From assembly GCF_044360685.1 (NCBI RefSeq), contig NZ_CP043491.1, positions 7,499,542 to 7,531,541 on the forward strand: DNA of 32,000 nt, in the 5' to 3' direction. Positions 16,602-24,487 of this stretch are shown piece after piece. The number at the start of each line of letters is the position of its first letter. The first letter of the stretch is position 1. The notes under the pieces were generated by a model, which was not told the origin of the DNA, did no database searches, and saw only the letters and a program-made list of their open reading frames with translations. The position numbers and the translations under genes were made by a program. The stretch is from Cystobacter fuscus. GTDB taxonomy: Bacteria > Myxococcota > Myxococcia > Myxococcales > Myxococcaceae.

Positions 16602-17848
16602 GCCTCTTCTCCCTGTGCTGCCGCGGGCCGGGTGGCCGCGAAGATGTGGATGGGGTTTTGCGCCTCGTAACGGAGGTAGTGCGCGAGCGGCTCGCCGCGG
16701 GACACGTTGAGCATCGTCACGTCCGGAGTGATTCCGTACGAGCGGAAGGCCGCGTAGGCCTCGGCCACGTTGTCCAGGGTGATGGCGTTGACCACCAGCC
16801 GGCCGCCCTCGCGCAGGCGCTTGAAGGCCACGTCGATGATGTCGCGCATGCTGCCCTTGCTGCCGCCGACGAAGACGGCATCCGGCGCATCCAGTCCCTC
16901 GAGGGCCTCCGGGGCGCGCCCCGCGATGACGCGCACGTTGTCCACCCCATGGGCGAGCGCGTTTTCCCGGCACAAGCTCACACCCTCCGGGTCCACCTCG
17001 ATGGCGAAGACCCGCCCCTTGGGAGCGAGCATCGCCGCCTCGATGCCCACCGAGCCCGAGCCCGCGCCGATGTCCCACACCACGCTGTCGGGGCGGATCT
17101 CCAACTGGGCCAGGGACAACAGGCGCACCTCGCGCTTGGTGATGAGCCCCTTCTTGGGCATGCGCTTGGCGAAGGCGTCCTCGTGGAGGAAGGACATGCG
17201 CGGCGGTGGGCGCCAGCTCGGATCCGTGCGCAGGAGGACGAGCACGTTGAGGGGCCCGATGTCCGTGCACTCCGCGAGCGACTCCAACATGAAGCAGCGG
17301 ATGCGCTCCTCCGGATTGCCGAGGCTCTCGCAGACCCAGGCCGTGAAGCCGCGCACGCCGTGCTCCAGCAGGTGGCGGGCCAGCGCCGGGGGCGAGTTCT
17401 CACCGTCGGTGAGCAGGGCCACCTTGGCCAGCAGACGCAGCCGCGTGCACAGCCCCTCGCGCGGGCGGCCGTGCACGGAGATGACCTCGGCATCCTCCCA
17501 GGACACGCCGATGCGCCCGAAGGCGAGCTGCACCGAGGACGGATGGGGAATGAACTCCACGTGCTCGGCGCCCACCTTCCGGGCGACCTGCGCGCCGATC
17601 CCGAAGAAGAGCGGATCCCCCGAGGCGAGCACACACACCTGATTCTCCAGGGCGAGCTCGGCCACCCGCTCCAGCGTCGGGCCGATGCCGCCACTGAAGG
17701 AGAGGCGCTCCCCGGAGAACTGGGGGAAGAACTCCAGGTGACGCTTGCCGCCGACCAGCACCCGGGCCTGCGCCACCGCGTTGGCCGCGCGCGCCGACAA
17801 ACCCAGACAACCGTCGTCTCCAATGCCCACCACCACCACCGGCTTCAT
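16598..17848 (-). CDS. cbiET: bifunctional cobalt-precorrin-7 C5-methyltransferase / cobalt-precorrin-6B C15-methyltransferase (decarboxylating), CbiE-CbiT fusion (CobL-like)
   Basis: 416 aa. The N-terminal half is a tetrapyrrole methylase (VVGIGDDG, LASGDPLFFG). The C-terminal half is a class I SAM methyltransferase (ITKREVR, VWDIGAGSGSVGIEAA, VFVGGS). Confidence 0.9.
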   Translation of the reverse strand: MKPVVVVGIGDDGCLGLSARAANAVAQARVLVGGKRHLEFFPQFSGERLSFSGGIGPTLERVAELALENQVCVLASGDPLFFGIGAQVARKVGAEHVEFIPHPSSVQLAFGRIGVSWEDAEVISVHGRPREGLCTRLRLLAKVALLTDGENSPPALARHLLEHGVRGFTAWVCESLGNPEERIRCFMLESLAECTDIGPLNVLVLLRTDPSWRPPPRMSFLHEDAFAKRMPKKGLITKREVRLLSLAQLEIRPDSVVWDIGAGSGSVGIEAAMLAPKGRVFAIEVDPEGVSLCRENALAHGVDNVRVIAGRAPEALEGLDAPDAVFVGGSKGSMRDIIDVAFKRLREGGRLVVNAITLDNVAEAYAAFRSYGITPDVTMLNVSRGEPLAHYLRYEAQNPIHIFAATRPAAAQGEEA

Positions 17849-18498
17849 GCCTTCACCCCATCCGCGCTGAGCATCAGCAGCGCGTGGATGATGGACACGG
17901 CGATGGTGCTGCCCCCCTTGCGGCCACGCACCGCGATGTGCGGCACGGACAACTCGAGCACCGCCTCCTTGGACTCCGCCGCCGACACGAAGCCCACCGG
18001 CACGCCAATCACCAGCGCCGGACGAGCCCCCTCCTCCTTCACCAGCCGGGCCACCTCCAGCAGCGCGGTCGGCGCGTTGCCCACCGCCACGATGGCGCCC
18101 GTGAGCAGCCCCAGCCGGTGCGCCTTGCGCATGGACTCGATGGCCCGGGTGGAACCCGCCTCGCGCGCCGCGGCGATGACGTCCTCATCCGAGATGAAGC
18201 AGTGCGTCCGGCAGCCATAGGAGGCGAGCCGCTCCTCGTTGAGGCCGGCGAGGATCATCTTCACGTCGGCCAGCACCGGGCTGCCGGCACGCAGGGCGCG
18301 AATGCCCTCGGCGATGGCATCGGGAGAGAAGCGGGCCAGCTCCTTGAACTCGAAGTCCGCGGTGGCGTGGATGATGCGCCGCACCACCTGCCACTCGCCC
18401 GGCGAGTAGGAATGAGGACCGGCCTCGTTGTCGATGATGGAAAAGCTCTCGTCTTCGATGCGACGCCCGAGCGTCGTCATCTGCCGCATGTCGTTCAT
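17845..18498 (-). CDS. cbiC: cobalt-precorrin-8 methylmutase
   Basis: ORF 17845..18843 trimmed to ATG 18498..18496, which overlaps the cbiD stop (ATGA). 217 aa with IIHATADFEF, VAVGNAPTAL and GVPVGFV..AESK motifs. Confidence 0.92.
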   Translation of the reverse strand: MNDMRQMTTLGRRIEDESFSIIDNEAGPHSYSPGEWQVVRRIIHATADFEFKELARFSPDAIAEGIRALRAGSPVLADVKMILAGLNEERLASYGCRTHCFISDEDVIAAAREAGSTRAIESMRKAHRLGLLTGAIVAVGNAPTALLEVARLVKEEGARPALVIGVPVGFVSAAESKEAVLELSVPHIAVRGRKGGSTIAVSIIHALLMLSADGVKA

Positions 18499-19604
18499 GC
18501 CGCGTGTCTCCTCTCGGGGTATTGCCCGAGCAAGGTGCCGTTGAAATCCACGAGGACGGCGCGAACCTCGAGCGGTCCCCCCGCGTGACGGGTGCACTGC
18601 TCGACGACGCGCTGGCACACCAGCCTTGTGATGTGGGTGAGGCCGTTGGCCGCGCACAGCTCGAGCACGTGGCGGGCGGTGTTGGCGGCCCGGATGTCGG
18701 CCACCAGCGTCTCCGGCGCCCCCGCCTCGGCGGCCAGGGTGGCCAGCAGCTCCATGTTCACCTCGGAGCCGGCCGCGTGCGTCTGCATGCGCCCATCGGC
18801 CATCTTGGACAGCTTGCCCATCATCCCCACGATGTGGACGCACGCCGCCTGACGCCGGGCGGCATGGCGGATGGCCACGCCGATGAAGTCGCCCACCTGG
18901 ATGAAGGTCTCCTCCGGCAGGTGGGGCAGGAGGCCCATGGCGTACTTCTCCGACTTGCCTCCCGTGGTGAAGACGAGCTCGGTGTTGCCGCGCGTCCGGG
19001 CCACGTCGATGGCCTGCACCACGCTCGCCTTGTAGGCGGACGTGGAGTACGGCCGGACGATGCCGCTGGTGCCGAGGATGGAGATGCCACCGAGGATGCC
19101 CAGGCGCGCGTTGAGCGTCTGCAGGGCCATCTCCTCACCTCGAGGGACGTGAATGGTGACGATGGCGCCCCGCCCCTCGGGCAGCTCCTCCAGCACCATG
19201 TCGGTGATGTTGCGGCGCGGCACCGGGTTGATGGCCGGACTGCCCACCTCGAGCCCCAACCCCTCCTTGGTGACAAGCCCCACGCCCTCGCCCCGCTCGA
19301 GCACCACCCGGCCTTCGTCGTCCGTCAGCCGCACCTCGGCGACCAGCTCCGCGCCGTGGGTGCAGTCCGGATCATCCCCGGCGTCCTTGATGACACTGCA
19401 AAGGGCCTTCTCCCCGTCCCACTCGCAACGGTGCAGGGCGAACGTCACCGTCTGCCGGTTGGGCAGCGTCGTCTCCACGTGAGTGAGACGCTCGCCACGC
19501 GCCAGCACGCGAGTGGCCGCCTTGGCGGCAGCGGCGGCACAGGCCCCGGTGGTGAAACCGGTGCGTGAGCCGCGCTTGTCCCGAGGAGGAGGCGCTTCGC
19601 TCAT
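18495..19604 (-). CDS. cbiD: cobalt-precorrin-5B C1-methyltransferase
   Basis: ORF 18495..19904 trimmed to ATG 19604..19602, which overlaps the upstream stop (ATGA). 369 aa with RTGFTTGACAAAAAKAA, KDAGDDPD.THG, GISILGTSGIVRPYS and TTGGKSE. Confidence 0.92.
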   Translation of the reverse strand: MSEAPPPRDKRGSRTGFTTGACAAAAAKAATRVLARGERLTHVETTLPNRQTVTFALHRCEWDGEKALCSVIKDAGDDPDCTHGAELVAEVRLTDDEGRVVLERGEGVGLVTKEGLGLEVGSPAINPVPRRNITDMVLEELPEGRGAIVTIHVPRGEEMALQTLNARLGILGGISILGTSGIVRPYSTSAYKASVVQAIDVARTRGNTELVFTTGGKSEKYAMGLLPHLPEETFIQVGDFIGVAIRHAARRQAACVHIVGMMGKLSKMADGRMQTHAAGSEVNMELLATLAAEAGAPETLVADIRAANTARHVLELCAANGLTHITRLVCQRVVEQCTRHAGGPLEVRAVLVDFNGTLLGQYPERRHAA

Positions 19605-20338
19605 CCCGCGGCCTTCTTGGAGGGATTGTTGAAGAAGGACTCCATCCGGATGGCCTCCATCGTCAGTCCGGACTCCACCAGGGCCTGCCGCAGCGGGCTC
19701 AACACCGCCCCATCCCCGACGAGGTAGACGCGCTCGGGCGCATGGGCGCGCGCGGCCTCCAGGGCCAACGCCTGGATGTGCGCGATGCGCTCCGGATGGC
19801 CCGGCGGCGGGCAGTCCTGGTGCTGGAAGCGGCAGCCCAGCGCCTCCACTTCCTCGCGGGCCTGCTCCGCGGGCAGGAACACCGTGGGCGACTCGGAGAA
19901 CCACAGCAGCCGCGTCCGCTCGCGCTGCGGGGCGAAGGCGCGGCCGTGCACCAGCCCCAGCGCGGCGGTGATGCCACTGTCGGTGGCCACCACCAGCGTG
20001 TTCCGAGGCGTGGAGTCATCCGGAAGGAAGCTGCCCCACGGTCCGCTGAACGGCAGCTCCGCGCCCACCGGTGCCTCGTGCAACATCGCCGAGCCAGAGC
20101 CCTCGGCGAGCCGATAGACACAGATGCGGAAGGTGCGCTGATCCGCGTCGCTCGACACCAGCGAGTAGGCACGCTTGTGCGCCTTGCCATCCGCGCGTGG
20201 CACGCCGGTGTTGAAGATGAGGTACTGGCCTCCGGTGAAGCCGAGTTCCTCCTCGCCCCGCAGTTGCAGGTGGAGGAGCCTCCCGCGCTCGCCCACGGGC
20301 GCGGAGGAGAGGATGCGAGCGGTGCGGGAGACGGCCAT
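19601..20338 (-). CDS. ferredoxin-NADP reductase family (FNR-like) FAD/NAD(P)-binding oxidoreductase
   Basis: 245 aa with the RAYSLVS (RxYS/T) FAD motif, GSGSAMLH, an NAD(P)-binding-like VVATDSGITAALG and a C-terminal YLVGDGAVL. GAGGGA SD lies 9 nt upstream of ATG 20338. Confidence 0.8.
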   Translation of the reverse strand: MAVSRTARILSSAPVGERGRLLHLQLRGEEELGFTGGQYLIFNTGVPRADGKAHKRAYSLVSSDADQRTFRICVYRLAEGSGSAMLHEAPVGAELPFSGPWGSFLPDDSTPRNTLVVATDSGITAALGLVHGRAFAPQRERTRLLWFSESPTVFLPAEQAREEVEALGCRFQHQDCPPPGHPERIAHIQALALEAARAHAPERVYLVGDGAVLSPLRQALVESGLTMEAIRMESFFNNPSKKAAG

Positions 20339-20342
20339 GGTG

Positions 20343-20717
20343 CTAGTCCCTCGGGTAGATTTCGTGGGTGAAGTCGTGCACCTCCTCGAGGTCGCGCCAC
20401 AGCCGATGGAGCGACTCGTTCTGGCGCTTCAGCTCCAGCTCCACCGACTTGGTCAGCACGAGGAGCGAGCGCAGGTAGGGCATCTTCGGATCATCCGCCC
20501 GGGTCGCGGAGACCTTCTCCTGCAACTCCACCAGGGAGGCATCGAAGAAGCGCAGCATGCCCGCCATGTCGCGCGCCTGCATCAGCGAGCGCACCGGCCC
20601 CGGCTTCTCCGCCGCGCTGCCCAGCTCGGCCAGCTCGTGCTGGCGCTCGGTGTCATCGTCCACTCCCAGGATGTTCATCAGCGACAACCGCAACGCCGCC
20701 AGCTCATGACAGGCCAT
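20343..20717 (-). CDS. hypothetical helical protein (orf124)
   Basis: This is the C-terminal, compositionally normal part of artefactual ORF 20343..22625. ATG 20717 is preceded by GAGGAG 8 nt upstream and lies 14 nt after the cbiX stop. The sequence MACHELAALRLSLMNILGV...LELKRQNESLHRLWRDLEEVHDFTHEIYPRD has heptad-like, charged helical character. No family recognised with confidence. Confidence 0.65.
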   Translation of the reverse strand: MACHELAALRLSLMNILGVDDDTERQHELAELGSAAEKPGPVRSLMQARDMAGMLRFFDASLVELQEKVSATRADDPKMPYLRSLLVLTKSVELELKRQNESLHRLWRDLEEVHDFTHEIYPRD

Positions 20718-20731
20718 GTGTGCTCTCCTCA

Positions 20732-21940
20732 CTACTGCATGATGTTGTCGACCAGGCGGGACACGAGGCGATCCCCCACCAGGTGCTCCTCCACGAGCTC
20801 CTGGGCATCCGCCTCGGTGACACCGCGATACCAGATGCCATCCGGATAGACGGCCACGGTGGGCCCCTCGCCACAGCGGCCCATGCAGGCCGTCCGGGTG
20901 ATGCGCACCGTGCGCCCCTTGCCCACTTCCTTGAGCTTGCGGCGCAGGGCCTCGATCAGCGCCACGCTGCCGCGCTCGGCGCAGTCGGCGTTGCCGCAGA
21001 CCAGCACGTGTTTCTCCATGGCGCGGTGGGCGTGCGGATGGGGCGCCGCCTGGGTGTGCGTCTCGCGGTGGCGGATGCTCCAGAGCAGCGCCTTGAGCCC
21101 ACCGACGTTCTTCTGGAGGCCCGCGAGCGGCACGCGGTACTGGCAGCCATCGCACGGCAGCGGCACCCCGCCCGCGAGCGCCTCCTCGATGCGCCGGTCC
21201 ACGTGTTGCACGAGCGGCGCCATGCTCCCGTCCGCCAGGTGCGGAGCCACCTCGGCGCGCAGCCACGGGTAACGCTCGGCGAAGAGGGCCACCTGGGCAT
21301 GGATCTTCTGCAGCAGCACCCCGGTGAAGAGGAGGTAGGGCGCCACCAGGATGCGCTCCGGCCGGGCCCGGGCCATCCACTCCAGCGCCTCTTCCAGCGA
21401 GGGCTTCGCGATACCGACGAAGGCCGGTTGCACCTGGGCGAAGCCCCTGCCCTCCGCGTAGAGGCGGGTCAGCTTGTAGAAGTCGCCATTGGCGTCCGGG
21501 TCCGACGAGCCACGCCCCAGCATCACCACCACCGTGCGCGCCGCGTCCTGGGGCGAGAGCGGTCCGGTGCGGGCCTGGGTGCGCTCGAAGGCCAGTTGCG
21601 CGAGGTCCGGATGGACGCCGAAGGCCTTCACCGCGAGGAAGCGCACGCCCGGGTGATTCTCGCGCGCCGTGGCAAGCGCCAGCGGAATGTCGTTCTTCAC
21701 GTGCTTCGCGGTGAAGAGGAAGAGCGGGACGACGAGCACCTCCGGCACCTCGGAGGCGATGGCGTCCAGCGCCTCGGGGAGGGCCGGCTCGGTGAGCTCC
21801 ACGAAGCCCAGGCCCACGCGCCGCTCCGGATGGGCCTCGCGGTAGGCGTCCACGAAACGGTGCACCTCGGCGATGGCCTGCGCATCGCGGCTGCCGTGTC
21901 CGACGAAGAGGATGCCGTGGTGGGAACGAGGAGTGCTCAC
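20732..21940 (-). CDS. cbiX: sirohydrochlorin cobaltochelatase, long form, fused to a C-terminal thioredoxin-like [2Fe-2S] ferredoxin domain
   Basis: ORF 20732..22060 trimmed to the GTG at 21940, which by the track frames overlaps the cbiO stop (GTGA). It has two CbiX repeats (ILFVGHGSRD ... VVMLGRGSSD). A CDGCQYR motif and the His-rich HRETHTQAAPHPHAHR segment follow. The last 95 aa read VLVCGNADC...CMGRCGEGP, the C-x4-C...C-x3-C pattern of NuoE/thioredoxin-like 2Fe-2S ferredoxins. Confidence 0.85.
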   Translation of the reverse strand: MSTPRSHHGILFVGHGSRDAQAIAEVHRFVDAYREAHPERRVGLGFVELTEPALPEALDAIASEVPEVLVVPLFLFTAKHVKNDIPLALATARENHPGVRFLAVKAFGVHPDLAQLAFERTQARTGPLSPQDAARTVVVMLGRGSSDPDANGDFYKLTRLYAEGRGFAQVQPAFVGIAKPSLEEALEWMARARPERILVAPYLLFTGVLLQKIHAQVALFAERYPWLRAEVAPHLADGSMAPLVQHVDRRIEEALAGGVPLPCDGCQYRVPLAGLQKNVGGLKALLWSIRHRETHTQAAPHPHAHRAMEKHVLVCGNADCAERGSVALIEALRRKLKEVGKGRTVRITRTACMGRCGEGPTVAVYPDGIWYRGVTEADAQELVEEHLVGDRLVSRLVDNIMQ

Positions 21941-22797
21941 GGGTGCGCTTCCTGGCTGGTGGGGACGAGGAGGGGGAGAAGGCGCCGGGCGGCCTCGGCG
22001 ACCGTGAGGGGCGGCGGGGCCTCCCCCGACCCGGGAAGGAAGGGAGCGAGCTGGGCCCACAACTCGGCGACGGCCGGTGCGCGCAGATGCGCCCGCGCCA
22101 GCAGCGCCGCGTCCCGGAAGACCTCCGCGGGAGCACCGAAGGCGAGCAGCCGCCCCTCGCCGAGAATGGCCACCCGGTCGGCGAAGAAGGGCACTTCGTC
22201 GGTGGCATGGGTGGAGACGACCAGGGCCACGTCGCGCTCGCGCGCCAGCCGCCGCAGCAGTCCCGCCGTCTCGCGCTCGCCCACCGGATCCAACCCGGCG
22301 GTGGGCTCATCGAGCAGCAGCACCGCCGGATGCATCGCCAGCACGCCCGCGAGACACGCCCGCTTCTTCTCCCCGAAGCTGAGCGCCTCGATGGGGCGCT
22401 CCGCCAGCTGGGCCAGCCCGGTGGCCGCGAGCGCCTCGTCCACCCGGGCCCGCACCGCGTCCGGGGCGAGGCCCTGATGCATCGGCCCGATGGCCACGTC
22501 CTCGCCGACCGTGGTGCCGAACAGCTGGTCATCCGGATTCTGGAAGGCGAGCGCCAGGCCCGCTTCGGTCCGGGCCACCGCTCCACGCGGGGCCACCTGT
22601 CCGCGCAGCCACACCTTGCCGGCACGCTCCGGAACCAGCCCCGCGAGGCCGCGCAGCAACGTCGTCTTGCCGCACCCGTTGGCGCCGAGCAGCGCGACCA
22701 CCTCTCCCGGCCGCACCTCGAGCGTCAGGCCGGAGAGGATGGCGGGGCCGCCGGGGTTTCCCACCGCGAGCGCCTCGAGTGCGAGCGCCGCCTTCAC
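21937..22797 (-). CDS. cbiO: cobalt ECF/ABC transporter ATPase component
   Basis: ORF 21937..23523 trimmed to GTG 22797..22795, which overlaps the cbiQ stop (GTGA). Has Walker A GANGCGKTT, Q-loop, signature LSFGEKKR, Walker B LLLDEPTAGLD and an H-loop STH. Confidence 0.9.
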   Translation of the reverse strand: MKAALALEALAVGNPGGPAILSGLTLEVRPGEVVALLGANGCGKTTLLRGLAGLVPERAGKVWLRGQVAPRGAVARTEAGLALAFQNPDDQLFGTTVGEDVAIGPMHQGLAPDAVRARVDEALAATGLAQLAERPIEALSFGEKKRACLAGVLAMHPAVLLLDEPTAGLDPVGERETAGLLRRLARERDVALVVSTHATDEVPFFADRVAILGEGRLLAFGAPAEVFRDAALLARAHLRAPAVAELWAQLAPFLPGSGEAPPPLTVAEAARRLLPLLVPTSQEAHP

Positions 22798-23426
22798 GGC
22801 CGCTCTCCCGGGGACGGGAGGTGGGCACCACGGCAGCCCCGGGCGGCCATCGCCTCGGCGGTGGCGTGGGCCTGGTCGAACGCGCGGACCAGGGTGAGCC
22901 CGCCGAGCGCCCCAAGCGAATGCACGCCGCGGCGCACGCCCCGGTAGCCGAGGCGGAGGATCTGCGCCTCGCGCGCGGTGTGGGCCGCCCGCTCGAGGAC
23001 GGTGGCGTAGCGCACCGCGAGCGCGAGCACCTCGGCGAGCGGGGCCGGCACCCGCCACGCGCGCAGCGCGCCCACCAGCGCCCAGGGCGGAGTGAGCGCG
23101 ATGAGGAGGCCGAAGACGGTGGCCCCCGCGGCGACCCGCGTCCCCAGCACCAGCCCGAGTCTCCAGGCTCCACTCGCCTCCGGCCGCAAAAGCCCGTGCA
23201 GGGCCCAGAGCGCCAGCCCCGAGAAGAGGGCCACTCCGAGGCGGCGGAACAACACCCCTGCCCGCTCGCCCACCGCGAGCGAGGCGAGGAGGGCCAGCGT
23301 AGCCACCGCCGAGGCGGTGTACGGGGCGGGCCCGGCGAGCGCCACCAGGAGCGCGAACAACGCGCCCCCCAGCTTGAGGCGGGCATCCAGCCCGGCCACC
23401 CGCTCGCGCAGGGCCACGCGGCTCAC
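22794..23426 (-). CDS. cbiQ: cobalt ECF transporter transmembrane (T) component
   Basis: ORF 22794..23501 trimmed to GTG 23426..23424, which overlaps the cbiN stop (GTGA). A 210-aa polytopic protein with LDARLKL near the N-terminus and the ARG-containing C-terminal helices (AMAARG) typical of CbiQ/EcfT. Confidence 0.8.
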   Translation of the reverse strand: MSRVALRERVAGLDARLKLGGALFALLVALAGPAPYTASAVATLALLASLAVGERAGVLFRRLGVALFSGLALWALHGLLRPEASGAWRLGLVLGTRVAAGATVFGLLIALTPPWALVGALRAWRVPAPLAEVLALAVRYATVLERAAHTAREAQILRLGYRGVRRGVHSLGALGGLTLVRAFDQAHATAEAMAARGCRGAHLPSPGERP

Positions 23427-23641
23427 GCCCGCTCTCCCGTCTCGACGAACAGGGAGCGGTAGAGATAGCCAAGCAAGAATCCCCCCACGAGCCCGGCACA
23501 CAGGAAGGCGAAGAGGAGGACATCCCCTTCCAGCGGAATCAGGGGCGGCTGAGGAGAGCGTCCCGCGGCCTCGGCGAACGGGAGCACGACGTGCTCGTCG
23601 ACACCCGGCCAGCCCGAGGCCTCGGCGAGGAGCGGCTTCAT
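23423..23641 (-). CDS. cbiN: short CbiN-like cobalt transport accessory protein (single predicted TM helix)
   Basis: A 72-aa reading frame at the end of ORF 23423..24427. ATG 23641..23639 overlaps the cbiM stop (ATGA). The sequence GVDEHVV...PLIPLEGDVLLFAFLCAGLVGGFLLGYLYR resembles the conserved loop plus second TM helix of CbiN, but no N-terminal TM helix is present. Confidence 0.6.
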   Translation of the reverse strand: MKPLLAEASGWPGVDEHVVLPFAEAAGRSPQPPLIPLEGDVLLFAFLCAGLVGGFLLGYLYRSLFVETGERA

Positions 23642-24450
23642 GGCGTGGCGGGTGCGGCGGGAAGCGCGTGGAACTTCAAGAGGGCGGGCCGGCGGCGGGA
23701 GATGAAGACGACGGCGCCGGCGGTGAAGGCCCCCTCGAGCAATCCGAGCGGAAGCTGGGTGGGGAGGAAGGAGAGCAGCAGGGTGCCCAGCGTGGTGCTC
23801 AGCGGTTGGGCGCCGTGCAGCGCCGAGGCCAGCTCGAAGGACGTCATGGCGTAGGTGGCCCAGTCGGAGAACATGCCCGCGGCGAAGGCCGCCACTCCGA
23901 GCGAGGCGCGCAGGGAGCGCAGTCCGTGGAAGATGGCGTAGCCGACGAAGCCGCCCACCACGCCCATGGACCAGATGTCGGCGCCCAGGGTGGTGAGCCC
24001 TCCGTGGGCGAGGAAGAGCGCTTGCAGCAACAGCGCCACGAACGTCACCAGCACGGTCATCACCGGGCCGATGAGCACGGCGGCGAGCCCCGTGCCACAC
24101 GGGTGCGAGCAGGTGCCGATGATGGGAACCGGCACGGGCATGCAGGAGACGACGAAGACCGCGGCGGCGAGCATCGCCACGAAGGGCGAATAGAGCGGGC
24201 TCTGGGCCATGCGCTGGCGCAACCGCGTGACGCCCAGCGCGAGCAAGGGCAGCACGGAGAGCGTCCAGCCCGCGGCCCACCCGAAGGGAAGGATGCCCTC
24301 CGCCAGGTGCATGGCATGCGCGGGATGAGGCAGCAGCAACAGGACGAGTGCCGCGAGCCCCGCGCTCGGAGGGAGAGGTGCTGATTGAAGGCAGGCCTGG
24401 ACGCAATGCCGGAGGACGGCACCACACCCACGCCCGGAGAAACCCGGCAT
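23638..24450 (-). CDS. cbiM: cobalt ECF transporter substrate-capture (S) component
   Basis: 270 aa. A 46-aa leader ends in a signal-peptidase-like AHA site directly before MHLAEGILP, the conserved Met-His N-terminus of mature CbiM/NikM. Seven hydrophobic segments. ATG 24450 lies 6 nt after GAGCGAGG and directly downstream of the riboswitch. Confidence 0.9.
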   Translation of the reverse strand: MPGFSGRGCGAVLRHCVQACLQSAPLPPSAGLAALVLLLLPHPAHAMHLAEGILPFGWAAGWTLSVLPLLALGVTRLRQRMAQSPLYSPFVAMLAAAVFVVSCMPVPVPIIGTCSHPCGTGLAAVLIGPVMTVLVTFVALLLQALFLAHGGLTTLGADIWSMGVVGGFVGYAIFHGLRSLRASLGVAAFAAGMFSDWATYAMTSFELASALHGAQPLSTTLGTLLLSFLPTQLPLGLLEGAFTAGAVVFISRRRPALLKFHALPAAPATP

Positions 24451-24487
24451 GGCAACCTCGCTCTCAATCCACGGAGAGATGGGTCGA

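Noticed and set aside
20343-22625. 760-aa ORF, plus the similar long N-terminal extensions of ORFs 21937..23523, 20732..22060, 18495..19904, 17845..18843, 15837..17270, 14701..15930, 10859..11593, 8782..10026, 8240..9070 and 2909..3895
   Set aside because: In about 74% GC DNA, stop codons are rare in all frames. In every case the recognisable family sequence starts at an ATG or GTG that overlaps the upstream gene's stop. The upstream part is Arg/Pro/Gly/Ala-rich and overlaps a better-supported gene in another frame.
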